Source of the DNA: Octopus bimaculoides
Taxonomy: Eukaryota
Length of the DNA: 64,000 nt
Reading direction: 5' to 3'
NCBI RefSeq assembly: GCF_001194135.2
Contig: NC_068984.1
Location: 70,807,025 to 70,871,024 of the forward strand
In this document: positions 53,249 to 64,000 of the stretch, piece after piece
How positions within the stretch are numbered: the stretch's first letter is position 1
Layout: every line of letters begins with the position of its first letter
Notes under the pieces: model-generated
Told to the model about the DNA's origin: nothing
What the model saw: the letters and a program-made list of their open reading frames with translations, nothing else
The model's database searches: none
Program-made: the position numbers and the translations under genes

Positions 53249-53394
53249 CAGTGTTTCCAGAGTGTGTCTAAGACAAAACTATCCAGTGTATCTTCATTTA
53301 AGAGAGTAAGGTGTAATTCAAGAGAACTTGGTTGCTTTTTCTCAGGATGAGTAACCATATAGAAGCTTCTTCTATAGGTCTGTTTATTATCAAT
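53249..53394 (-). CDS. Internal exon (IDNKQTYRRSFYMVTHPEKKQPSSLELHLTLLNEDTLDSFVLDTLWKH), uncharacterised gene
   Basis: Acceptor atttagttttatag|, 48 open codons, donor TG|GTACTG just before an in-frame TGA. Confidence 0.55.
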
Positions 53395-54260
53395 CTATAA
53401 AACTAAATATCTCATCAGGCTTTCTTAATATTCATCATTAAAACAGACACACACATAGGTTCAAGTTTATAGGTGATAAAAACGATGGTTGGGTGACACT
53501 CATGCCTTTCTCACAGTTAAATGATGTGGTTACAATTTGTATTTAGAATTGCACATCGGATTTATCTTGTTTGGTTTTAAACTTTATTGAAAATGTTGTT
53601 GACTTTATTTACTAATATACTTTTGTAATATTTTCTTTTCTGCTTGCAAATGGAATTTTTATACAGAAGTTAGAATTACAGTAAAGTAATTTGGTGTGTC
53701 TGGTAATAAGTACTGGTACTTATTTTATAACATGTTTATAGAGATCATCATTGTTATCGTCATTTTATGTCTGCTTTCTATGTTAGTATAAGTGAACAAT
53801 TTATTTCTTATACAAATCACACCCTGCTGCCTTAAATGAGCTAAGATGCTTGGATAACAGTGATAGAAAGTGGTGGATGATTATGCTGGGAGCATCTTTG
53901 CTTATAGGTCTGCCCTATCAGTGCTAATCTTGGTTTAAAATACTGCAATATTAATATTTAACATTGGAACAAATTAGTGTTAGTTATATGAGCCTCACTA
54001 CTTGATTAGAGCTTAATTTTTCTGAGCTGGGGAGAACAAAAAGTGAAGTTAACCTTGACAGGATTTAAACTGAAAATGTACAAGGCAATAACTAAATACT
54101 GTTAAAATGTTTTGTCTGATGCTCTTAGAATTCTATCTATTCCTTAATTGCAACAACAAACAATACTGATTTTTTAGATTAGCAAAATACCAGAAATTTA
54201 TAGGGAAACGAAGCATTTGGATTAGCACTAGTGCATGCCCAATATTTAGTACAATATGAT

Positions 54261-54368
54261 GAGTATATTACTGTTAGTTTTTTTTATTCTACCCACCTCC
54301 AGTACATATAGAGGGAGTATATTACTGGTAGTTTTTTTATTCTACCCACCTCCAGTGCATATAGAGGG
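54261..54368 (+). repeat. Tandem duplication of about 54 bp
   Basis: gagtatattactg.tagttttttttattctacccacctccagt.catatagagg occurs twice, within a decayed SINE A relic. Confidence 0.9.
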
Positions 54369-55006
54369 AAGACAAAGCTAACATGATGAAAGTTGAATTG
54401 AAAATGTAAGAGAAATGAAATTAAATACTACAACATTTTTAGTCTGTCTGGCATTCAACCAATTCTGCTTACTTGCCACCTCATAAGCTTCCACAATAAT
54501 GAGAAGAAATTTCTTTTTTAATCTATTTGAAAGCAAGCTTTCTCAATTCTTTTCTTTTCATTTCATTTGTGTTTGGCAAAAAAAATCACATGAAACTTTA
54601 GCTATGTTTGTTTGCTCTTTGGTTAAGAAGAGTGCATAAAAGTCACGTGATAGAGTGACTGTCTCCACAGAATAAACAATTGGAGCTTATGAAAGAAAAT
54701 ATAAAAAAGATATGAATGAAAAAGAAAACAATAATAATAATACGAAAATTTCCAAAAGGTCTTCCAATAACACAGATCACTATCTATTTGATCTTTATTG
54801 TGTAAAGTTTATGAAAAAAGCAACTAGTAAAGATGTTCATTTATATTTAACACAAAAAAAAAAAGTACATAGAGCATTGGTTTGTGTGTGCTTCTTTTGA
54901 AATGATAATCTAAAATATTTTCTCTATACAACTAAACTGAGTAATGTGAGGATTAGAAGTTGCCGAAGTGACACCAACCAGCTTCTCAATAGACTGGTAG
55001 CTTTGC

Positions 55007-55122
55007 CTGTCCCTTGATAATATTGGCATCAATAATAATAGCACTATTGAGGGAACTCCAAATACTTTGTTCAAAAAGGTAAAAGATAAGTTCCTCCAGG
55101 GAGTGAAAATACTCTTCACTTC
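55007..55122 (-). CDS. Internal exon (SEEYFHSLEELIFYLFEQSIWSSLNSAIIIDANIIKGQ), uncharacterised gene
   Basis: Upstream intron of about 85 nt with CTGAC branch point and pyrimidine tract ending ttgcaaag|; strong RNY codon bias; needs a GC donor CAG|GCAAAG. A second open frame (EVKSIFTPW...) cannot be excluded. Confidence 0.5.
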
Positions 55123-55210
55123 CTTTGCAATCAAAGAAGCAAAATGACAGAATGCAATGAACACTTTTTAGTCAGAAATTTGAATGTTTAATAGCATATT
55201 TACAGCTGAC

Positions 55211-55298
55211 GTTCATTAAGGAAACAATTATTAGAAAGAGATCTACTACATTCTGCTGGCAGCTTCTTTCTCACTAAAGTTAATGTCTGTTTATTCAT
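55211..55298 (-). CDS. Candidate first or internal coding exon (MNKQTLTLVRKKLPAECSRSLSNNCFLNE)
   Basis: ATG at 55298-55296 with A at -3, or acceptor at 55317; donor C|GTCAGC keeps frame with the next exon. Confidence 0.4.
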
Positions 55299-56299
55299 CC
55301 TTTGAACGATGTAAACTCTATGTTTCACACTTTATTATTGTATTGCCAAGAAAACAATAATCTCATGTCCCTATTTAATTACTTCTTCAAAATAATTCTA
55401 GCTCTCTTTCTACTTACTTGGTCTACTGCTATCATCAAGTTGCCCCTGAGAAAGCCTCTAAGTGGCTGATCAGCCTGATAGAAATACCAGTAAAGTTTTC
55501 TTCAAATGACTCATCATCTTAAAATAAGAGAGAAGGCAGAGGATGATATGGGTTGACTATATTATTCCTTTAAAATAGTGGCATAGTCATGGTTTATAAA
55601 TATTTAATGATAGATCAGTTTACTGATTTGCTAAGTAGCAATTCATCTAGATAACATCAAGGAACTGAAGGACAGAAACAAAAAAGATTATAGTTGAATA
55701 GGTAGCACCAGTAATGAATAGGTCAGTTCATCTGCTACGCCTGCATAGGCTGGATAGTTCACCTGGGTCTGAGAGTTCATATTGGAGTTATGGGGGTTTA
55801 TCTTTGAGAGAGAGAGTAGAGATAGTTGTACAGGAAGGAGCTAATAATCACAGAACTGAAAAATAGTGTTAGTGAGTTAATAAGAGAGAATTAGAAAGGA
55901 ATAAGACAATAACAATGGCTTAGTATGTGGAGACATATTTAAACACGTATGGGAAAAAGGGAAGGCTTATTTGAGGATAAGTGAGAAAGATTCACATCAC
56001 AAGGGTAGTAAGGAAGGAAGAGAAGAAGGGATGAGCAAAAGATGCAATGTTACCCTACATTATACATAAATGAGTAGAATGGAATAAAAGAGAGATAATA
56101 TGATGAGGTGGAGTTCAGGGCACATCTTCAAGGTAACCTGTCCAAGAGAGCATGGAGACAGGAGTATCAGGAAGGGCAGGTACAAGTTGTTGGAGTGGAA
56201 TCTTTTCTGACTAAAAGCATATAAATATATGGGTGCATGTGTGTGTGTGTGTGCATGTTCATCCATGTATAAGTTAGGATATATATATATTTATTATGA

Positions 56300-56505
56300 T
56301 TGACCATTATTATGATTGACCGTTGACTGAACACTATTCAATTTTTTTTCTCCGTGTTTTTCTCCTTGTCTCCGTATTCTTTCTGTTGAAGAGCGTAGCT
56401 CGAAACGTCAAAGACTTTCCGTATTCCCGAGCGTCATACTAATATATACTTTTGTTATTTACACCACCTGTCCTCGTCTGTTGTCATTATTTGTATATTC
56501 TCCCA
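56300..56505 (+). mobile_element. Roughly 200-bp (TA)n-flanked repeat with a hammerhead-like motif (family shared with 30450-30945)
   Basis: gaagagcgtagctcgaaacgtcaaagacttt...cccgagcgtcatactaat...tttacaccacctgtcctcgtctgttgt. Confidence 0.75.
56378..56414 (+). ncRNA. Hammerhead-like fold with non-canonical core (CUGUUGA)
   Basis: tcttt-CTGTTGA-a-gagc/gta/gctc-GAAA-cg-tc-aaaga: all three stems pair, palindromic ACGT stem III, GUC cleavage triplet; core A6 replaced by U. Confidence 0.55.
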
Positions 56506-56550
56506 TATATATATATATATATATACATACATACACATGAATACATACAT

Positions 56551-56559
<9 letters not shown>

Positions 56560-56598
<39 letters not shown>

Positions 56599-56790
56599 CA
56601 CCACTGCTTGACAACCAGTGTTGTGTCTATGTCCCAGTAACTTAATAATTCAGCAAAATAGACTAACAGAATAAGTGCCAAACTTTAAAAAAATATCTAC
56701 AAGTGTTGATTCATTCCACTAAAATTTTTCGGGCTGGCAGCACAGTTTAGCTGCACTCTAATGACAAAAACAAGTAAAAGAAAAGATATG
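56560..56790 (+). mobile_element. SINE family B, 3' half
   Basis: ccactgcttgacaaccagtgttg...cagcaaaatagactaacagaataagtgcc...ctaatgacaaaaacaagtaaaaga. Confidence 0.75.
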
Positions 56791-57086
56791 TTATGTATTA
56801 CTGAGCAGTATAACTCAATATGCCACAGCATATTATTGGTTAGAATGTTATCATCAGTTTCAGGCCAACCTTTGACTCTGGGCAATAATTGACAACTCTT
56901 TAGACATACCAGCTGGAAGTAACACACAGACATGCACCCACACATAAACCCCTCCACCTCCCCACACACACATACTTCCTTACCCATTCCACTCAGATGA
57001 TAATATCTCTCTTATTCTCCCCTCCCTCCTGTCTCTCTCTGTATATACATATATATATATATTATAGCAGAGACTCCAGCAAAGAA

Positions 57087-57122
57087 GATCTGAAGAAGGA
57101 ATTGTAATTCCGAAATATCATC
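57087..57122 (+). ncRNA. Intact minimal type-I hammerhead ribozyme
   Basis: gat-CTGAAGA-a-ggaat/tgta/attcc-GAAA-ta-tc-atc: complete core, perfect 5-bp stem II, palindromic ATAT stem III, AUC triplet, 3-bp stem I. Confidence 0.8.
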
Positions 57123-57284
57123 GGACTATAGATAACCAAATTACAACAGGTAGATAGTCCATTTTTTGTATTATAGTGCATTGTTGTACCATTCAAAACT
57201 TTTTAACCTTTACAAAAAATACACAATGCTTCAAGCGAACTACAATACTCTCCTATATATACATATATATATTAAAATAAGTGA

Positions 57285-57900
57285 AGACACGTGGCTTAGT
57301 GGCTTGGGTATTCAGCTCATGATTATAAGGTCATGAGTTCAATTCCTGGTGGTGTGTCGTGTCCTTGAGCAAGACACTTTATTTCATATACTTCAAGCTG
57401 CTTCTAATTCCTATTTGAATTTTTTCCATAGCTTGTGACATTGGGACATGCCGCAGATGGTTTTCAAGCATCAATGTCTGATGCACCAAGAAGAGACCTG
57501 ATGTGAGTTGTCTCACTTGCTTATGACTTACTTTCAAGCGTTTTAACACTAGGTGCATTGAGTATATATATTTTCTTATGCCTAAAAACATACCTGATCC
57601 ATGAACTAGCAACACACATACATTGTGCATGTGTGTGTTCAATTTTGTTTATATACCTCGAGCTGCTTCTAATTCATATTTGGACTTTATTTCATGCAGC
57701 TCCAGTCCACCTAGCTGGAAAATTGAGTTGTACATGTAATTGAAAGAGCCAGTCTTGTCACATTCTGTGTCATGCTGAATTTCTCTGAGAACTACATTAA
57801 GAGTATACATGTCTGTGGATTACTCAACCACTTGTACGTTAATTTTATGAGGAGGATGATCTGTTGATAGGATCGACTGGAACCTTTATCATTCTAACTG
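57285..57900 (+). mobile_element. SINE related to family C, interrupted by a 296-bp insertion
   Basis: gtggcttagtgg (A box), gagttcaattcc (B box), gtgtccttgagcaagacactttatttcat, resuming at 57684 with gctccagtccac. Confidence 0.75.
57388..57683. mobile_element. 296-bp insertion with 30-bp terminal direct repeats and a 12-bp TSD
   Basis: TSD actttatttcat (57376-57387, 57684-57695); direct repeats 57388-57417 and 57653-57682 match at 27/30. Confidence 0.8.
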
Positions 57901-57959
57901 AAAAAGTAGCAGGTATATTGGAATGAATGATCTTGATAGAGCATTAAGAATAGTGAAAA

Positions 57960-58410
57960 GAAAAATTTTGGGGGCACAACCATAACTGTGTGGCATGAAC
58001 TTTGCTTTCTAACCACATTGTTCTGGATTCAGTCCCACATAATGGTACTTTGGGCAAGTTCTTTTGTACTGTATCCTTGGACTGACTAAGACATTGTGAG
58101 AGTGAATATGGTAGATCAAAACTGAAAGAAGCCCAGTGTGTGTGTTTGTTTGTTTGTGTGTGTGCATGCATATGACACGCACATATGCATGTGTGTGTTT
58201 GTGTCTGTGTCTGTCCCCTACTAGCTTCTGACTACAGTTGTTGATGTGTTTATGTGCTTGTAATTTGGCAGTTCAGCGAAAGAGACGGACAAAATAAGTA
58301 CCAATCTGAAAAATAAGTTGTGGGGTCGATCTGTTCAACTATAGTTCATCAAGGTTGTACCTTATCATGACCAGTGTCTAATGACGGAAATAAATAAAAG
58401 AAAAAGATAA
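57960..58410 (-). mobile_element. SINE family B, diverged full-length copy in the same orientation as 51659-52040 relative to the window (opposite to the minus-strand gene)
   Basis: ataactgtgtggcatgaac...ggattcagtccc...gaaactgaaagaagccc...aataagtacc...ggggtcgat...gaaataaataaaaga read directly on the + strand; the element itself is + oriented. Confidence 0.5.
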
Positions 58411-58801
58411 ATGAAGTAATGGAGGTATTGTTTCTCTATATACAAATATGAAAATATCTTTCAGTTTCCTTAAAGAAATGAGAGAAAATACTGTTATTAT
58501 CCTGTTTTTGTACTGTGTAGTTACTAAGAAGTAATTTTTTGACACTGCTGAAGAAAGGGAGATGACATTCTTATATTATTGACCAAGATGTCAATGACCA
58601 TAGACAAGTGACTGAGATCATGTGGAAAGTCAAAAATTATTCTGTGCTCAAATTTTAAGTAAGAAGGATTTTGCATGATAGAGTTTTAGATCCAATGAAA
58701 TGATTTTGGGTATGAGTGTATGTGCCTATGTGTATGCATGGGCACTGTCAGTGCATGCATGTGCAAATGTGTGACATTGACCAGTGATATAAGTGTATGT
58801 G

Positions 58802-58804
<3 letters not shown>

Positions 58805-58857
<53 letters not shown>

Positions 58858-58941
58858 TATATACACACATATATATATATGAATATTTATATATATACAT
58901 ATATATATGTATATAAATGCACATATATATGCATATATATG

Positions 58942-58995
<54 letters not shown>

Positions 58996-59070
58996 TGTAT
59001 ATGTGTACCTCTGTATGTTTATGTATATTTGTATATATACAAAATCAGAGATGTATATAACTATATATAC
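58805..59070. repeat. (TA)n-rich tract
   Basis: Direct reading. Confidence 0.95.
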
Positions 59071-60136
59071 ACACTCCCTAAATGAATGCTGGCAAGCACA
59101 CTGGAACAGCTTTTGATGTAAAAACATTGCAAGCACCTATCAGATTTGATGAAACAAAGAAAAAACAATCCTATGACAAAATTTCTTCATGAAAATGAAA
59201 GGCTAGTGAACATCAACAGGAAATGGAAATAGGTGTAAATTTAGCATTATGCCATCTAGATACTGAAATTTCTCTTCCACAGGCAAGTAAAGTATGATAT
59301 GAGGAAACATTTAAAATAATCAATCCTTTCATGCTGGCCAAAATCTCTGATCAAAATAATTGTCAAATTCAGGAACAGCTCCAACAACTATGGAAACAAG
59401 ATATGAAACAGGATAAAGATAAATCTACAAAACTGTTGTAAAAACAAAATTGTTGGTTTGACGATTACAAAAGCAACTTTGGATAAGACTTCATAATGAA
59501 AATGAAACCACAACAGAAAAACGTGGAAAATTAAGGTAAATCAAAGAAAAACATGTAAACATGCTACAAAAGAACTGTACAAGGAAATTAATCTACAAAA
59601 AAAAAAGATAATAAATAACATAAAACACATGCAGAAACAGCCTTCAGAACAACTCAAAGAGGAAATACGTATACTTTGAACTCAAGACATAACACTGCAA
59701 TAAATGAATGCATGAGATATGGAAATCAATCTACAACGAGAGTTATTGCAATTCATGGCTGGATTAATGTGCTCAGAAAATATCGAACACAGGACAAAGA
59801 GAAAACAGAAAACTCAGAAGCTTGAAAAGAGAACACAGAAATCCTGGTTACAGAAGAAGACATAATACTGCTAACATTTTTGGGGCAAATATACTTCAGC
59901 CTGACATTAGACCTGATGAATCAAAGAAATATTCGCCCAAAATTTATGAATTTATAAAAAATTAGGAATTTATCGAAAAAAAAAAAATCTAAAATGCTGT
60001 TTATTTTATAGTAAATGTCAATTGTGATCCTGGTATTATATAATTTTAGTATAATTTTACATGAATGCCAAAGAGTGAAAGCTCTTTACTACTATCCATG
60101 AAAGGAGTATGTGCATATATCATCTTTACCTTTATG

Positions 60137-60138
<2 letters not shown>

Positions 60139-60211
<73 letters not shown>
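60139..60211 (+). repeat. (CA)n microsatellite before a 913-N gap
   Basis: Direct reading. Confidence 0.97.
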
Positions 60212-60216
<5 letters not shown>

Positions 60217-61156
60217 CTATTTGACTATTTGTCTATGTGTGCANNNNNNNNNNNNNNNNNNNNNNNNNNNNNNNNNNNNNNNNNNNNNNNNNNNNNNNNN
60301 NNNNNNNNNNNNNNNNNNNNNNNNNNNNNNNNNNNNNNNNNNNNNNNNNNNNNNNNNNNNNNNNNNNNNNNNNNNNNNNNNNNNNNNNNNNNNNNNNNNN
60401 NNNNNNNNNNNNNNNNNNNNNNNNNNNNNNNNNNNNNNNNNNNNNNNNNNNNNNNNNNNNNNNNNNNNNNNNNNNNNNNNNNNNNNNNNNNNNNNNNNNN
60501 NNNNNNNNNNNNNNNNNNNNNNNNNNNNNNNNNNNNNNNNNNNNNNNNNNNNNNNNNNNNNNNNNNNNNNNNNNNNNNNNNNNNNNNNNNNNNNNNNNNN
60601 NNNNNNNNNNNNNNNNNNNNNNNNNNNNNNNNNNNNNNNNNNNNNNNNNNNNNNNNNNNNNNNNNNNNNNNNNNNNNNNNNNNNNNNNNNNNNNNNNNNN
60701 NNNNNNNNNNNNNNNNNNNNNNNNNNNNNNNNNNNNNNNNNNNNNNNNNNNNNNNNNNNNNNNNNNNNNNNNNNNNNNNNNNNNNNNNNNNNNNNNNNNN
60801 NNNNNNNNNNNNNNNNNNNNNNNNNNNNNNNNNNNNNNNNNNNNNNNNNNNNNNNNNNNNNNNNNNNNNNNNNNNNNNNNNNNNNNNNNNNNNNNNNNNN
60901 NNNNNNNNNNNNNNNNNNNNNNNNNNNNNNNNNNNNNNNNNNNNNNNNNNNNNNNNNNNNNNNNNNNNNNNNNNNNNNNNNNNNNNNNNNNNNNNNNNNN
61001 NNNNNNNNNNNNNNNNNNNNNNNNNNNNNNNNNNNNNNNNNNNNNNNNNNNNNNNNNNNNNNNNNNNNNNNNNNNNNNNNNNNNNNNNNNNNNNNNNNNN
61101 NNNNNNNNNNNNNNNNNNNNNNNNNNNNNNNNNNNNNNNNNNNNNNNNNNNNNNNN

Positions 61157-62220
61157 ATGTGCATACCTACGTCTACCTGTATATATAGGTGCATATCTGG
61201 GTACAGGACATTGCAAAACAACGTAGACAAGAAAATAATAATAACCAGAGTACAGAAAACACACAGGCCACATAGAGAACATTTTCCTTCATCAGCTACC
61301 CCCATTTTAACACAGGCGTTTTGAAGATTGGGCAGGACGCATCGTTAAATGGCTCTTCCCATGGACCGCAAATTAAATTTGTATACACAAATTAAACTTG
61401 TGCCATGAAGGAATGTAGTGGCGGACAAAAAACAAGACAGGAAAACAAACGGAAAAGAAAACAAGACAGGATAACAAACGGAAAAGGCTATGCGGCAAGA
61501 CGTGAAAAATTATGTGTATATGAACGCTGTGAGGCACGAACTGAAAGCGGGACGAATTAAGTTCGGGTGTTTGCTCGGCGATAACCAAGGAAGAAAAGGA
61601 TTAGTGACTGGAAACATGGGACCAGGGAGGGGTAAGGAAGAGAGAGAGAGTGGTAGAGGGAGAAACAAGGGGATGAAGTAGAAGAATAGGTGAGCAACGA
61701 GAGAAAGAGAGGAAAAGAGAAATATCGTAGTAACAGAAGGAAGAACGAGAGGGGAAAGAGAGAGATATAGTAGTAACAGAAGGAAGAACGAGAGGGAGAA
61801 AAAGTGATAGAGATAGAGATAGAAAGCCTCGCGTCAGAAAATATAAAGTTTAAAAAAACTACTTACAGGGATGATGCAGGCGTTCGATCATGTAAAACAA
61901 ATAATAAATGAGTATATGCATATATATATATACAGCTATGTGCATACCTACGTCTACCTGTTTCAGTTCTGTATACTTTGCATGCAATGCTTACCTCCAG
62001 GGTCAGTTAAAATTGGTGAGTGGCTTGAGAAGTTTTTCTGCAAGCATGCTAATATTTCAGCTACTATCGTTGGGTAATAGCCCAATAGTTCAAAGGATGA
62101 AGGACGCAACCGATGGACAAAAATATAGTAGAAGCATGCTGGTGGACAGATAGACAGAAAGACACAAGCACACATACACACATGCACACCACCAACACCA
62201 CAACACCATACACACACACG
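61157..62220 (-). mobile_element. Non-coding element with a direct repeat at 781-bp spacing (Penelope pLTR-like)
   Basis: atgtgcatacctacgtctacctgt is identical at 61157-61180 and 61938-61961; GA-rich interior; first part homologous to 37150-37330. Confidence 0.5.
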
Positions 62221-63284
62221 TTTGTCATTTTCATTATCATCATAGAGGGTTAGGATTCTGTGATTATGAAAATAAAAGCCTACCAGTTTAACAAAATGAT
62301 TATTTAATACCCAGTACCTAAAAATATGATATGATTTATCAAATTAGCAATTATATATATATTGTGCTGTCGGCCAGCTGGTACAGATCCGATACAAATA
62401 AATATTATTTTAGATTCCTATAACAGCATCTAAGTAATTTCATAACTTGGACTGCTGAAAACAAGATGATGCAGGTCTATAAATTTTCAGAATATTTACA
62501 AAATATATAAAACATAAGGCAATTTGTTTTTCTCTTATCATATGACAGATGGGTTTATATTGAAACAAACCAGACATTAATAAAGTATAAGCTCTGAAAA
62601 CAATAAAAACATACTAAAGTACTAAATAATGTTTTAGCATGAATTTCCAATGAAATCTAATTATAAAAGAAACAACGTTTTTGCCTTTTGATATAATTAT
62701 TGTGATTTTATGAATTTCCAAGCAATAATAACTTTTTTATTATATTTTTAAAGTAATAATAATATTTTCATTGCATACTAAACAAGTTGATTGCTTAAAT
62801 AGTTGAATTTCAATGAATTCATGTAAATTATAAAGTAAATGAGATTGTGAAACATTCATGCTTTTCTTTAAAGATACTAGTGATTTTAATGTAGAGAAAT
62901 AGTTTCAGTTAGAGCAAAAAAATGGGTCTCAAGCATAGCACTTTAGATTTTTCTCTCTATATAATATGGCACTTTCCACAGTGAGTGCTAACATACTGAA
63001 TGCAGTGAAGCAAAGAAATTTCAATTAATTAATGTTGCATTTAGTGGGGACTAAAAAAGAAATCATATCAAAATCATTATGAAATTTTAATTAATCAAAA
63101 CAACACTTAGTTTAGAGTAAAATACATCACTGTTTTAATAACTCATTCATATCAACAAAGGCAGTGCGGGCATTTCTGGGGTTTAAATTTCATAGAAATA
63201 GGAGAGAATGAGTGATCTTTTGTAGTTTGGTGACATCTTTAGATGTACATTTGTCTACACTACCATTTTGTTGTCTGTTTTGTC

Positions 63285-63985
63285 TATTCACTGTCTATCT
63301 TGTCAATTCACAGCTGTCTACATTGAAAATTCACTGTCTACTGTCCCAAATCACTGTCTACCATAACAAATGAATGTCTGCTCTGCCAGTTCTCTGTGTA
63401 CTTTGTCTAATTTTTTTCTACCTTGCCAATTCGCTGTCTTTCCTGCAAACCACTGTTTACTCTGCCAATTTGCTGGCTATTCTGCTAATGCACTAGCTAC
63501 CCTAACATGTCACTATTTATTTTGCTTCTATAGTGTCTACACTTTCATTAATTTGTCTACCATACTAATTCCTTGCCTACCCTGCTAATTCACTGTCTAC
63601 CCTGCCAATTCACCATCTACCCTGTCAGTTCGCTCTCTGTCTTGCCAACTCACTCTGTACCCATCCACATTACTGTCTGCCCTGCTAATAAGCAGTTTCC
63701 TCACCCAGTTACTGTCTTCCCAGTAATTTCACCATTTAATATGTCAAACCACTGTCCTTTCTGACAGTTCAGTGTAGACATTGCCAAGTTATTGCCTGCT
63801 ATGCCAATTCATTGCCTATTCATTCAATTCATTCTCTATCTTACTAATTGACAGTCTTCTCTACCAAGTCACTGTTTACCCTTTAGTTTGATGTCTACTT
63901 AGTCCATTCGCTGTCTATCCAGCTAATTTACTGTCTTAACTTCGCATTTGTCATCTATGTTTTCATTTTGCTGTCAACACTGCAA
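63285..63985 (+). repeat. Degenerate 20-bp minisatellite (consensus about aattcactgtctaccctgcc)
   Basis: Consecutive 20-nt units, e.g. aattcactgtctaccctgcc / aattcaccatctaccctgtc / agttcgctctctgtcttgcc / aactcactctgtacccatcc near 63585-63665. Confidence 0.8.
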
Positions 63986-64000
63986 AGTCAACCTTTGAAA

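Noticed and set aside
53047-53350. Listed ORFs, including the Cys-rich MMCCGF... on +
   Set aside because: Antisense shadows or read-through of the 53249-53394 exon region; the implied 38-nt intron is too short.
54950-55000. Plus-strand peptide GLEVAEVTPTSFSIDW resembling a fibronectin type III start
   Set aside because: Bounded by stops on both sides and overlaps the antisense of a better-supported minus-strand exon region.
53249-55122. Faint resemblance of the predicted peptide to the C-terminal part of C9orf72 (DTL...LD, IID)
   Set aside because: Only a few scattered residues recalled from memory; no gene symbol assigned without a profile search.
468-59136. Many low-complexity ORFs (poly-Y, I, N, D, HT, YI, SL)
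   Set aside because: Translations of microsatellites, not genes.
59905-59940. ctgatga...gaaa motif after a purine-rich decayed ORF-like region (59110-59900)
   Set aside because: Stem II cannot form and stem I does not pair; the upstream region is too degraded to assign to a family.
60065-61324. Long ORFs of 330-420 aa
   Set aside because: Almost entirely N gap and (CA)n translation.

Overview
AT-rich, microsatellite-saturated animal genomic DNA from a gapped draft assembly (N runs at 1313-1387, 1737-1746, 9072-9081, 10911-11198, 17885-17894, 37338-37394, 47919-48120, 60244-61156). The repeat content strongly suggests an octopus or other coleoid cephalopod (inference, no database search run). 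No prokaryotic features, rRNA, intact tRNA gene or CRISPR array were seen. Almost all supplied ORFs are microsatellite or gap artefacts. Recognisable content: (1) several tRNA-derived SINE families; (2) four decayed mariner elements and two piggyBac-type MITEs; (3) 5'-truncated R4/Dong-clade LINEs piled into (AAT)n runs at 40.7-44.5 kb, plus older R4 and CR1/Jockey-like RT relics; (4) long fold-back elements and a palindrome with a microsatellite at its centre; (5) a hand-assembled, phase-consistent chain of seven small minus-strand exons (55.3 to 28.2 kb) giving an unrecognised protein of about 216 aa. The most interesting signal is three unrelated small repeat families carrying minimal type-I hammerhead ribozyme folds. 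One is fully intact (57087-57122). One has a non-canonical core (56378-56414 and 30816-30851). One lies inside a TSD-flanked tRNA-headed SINE (49587-50376).
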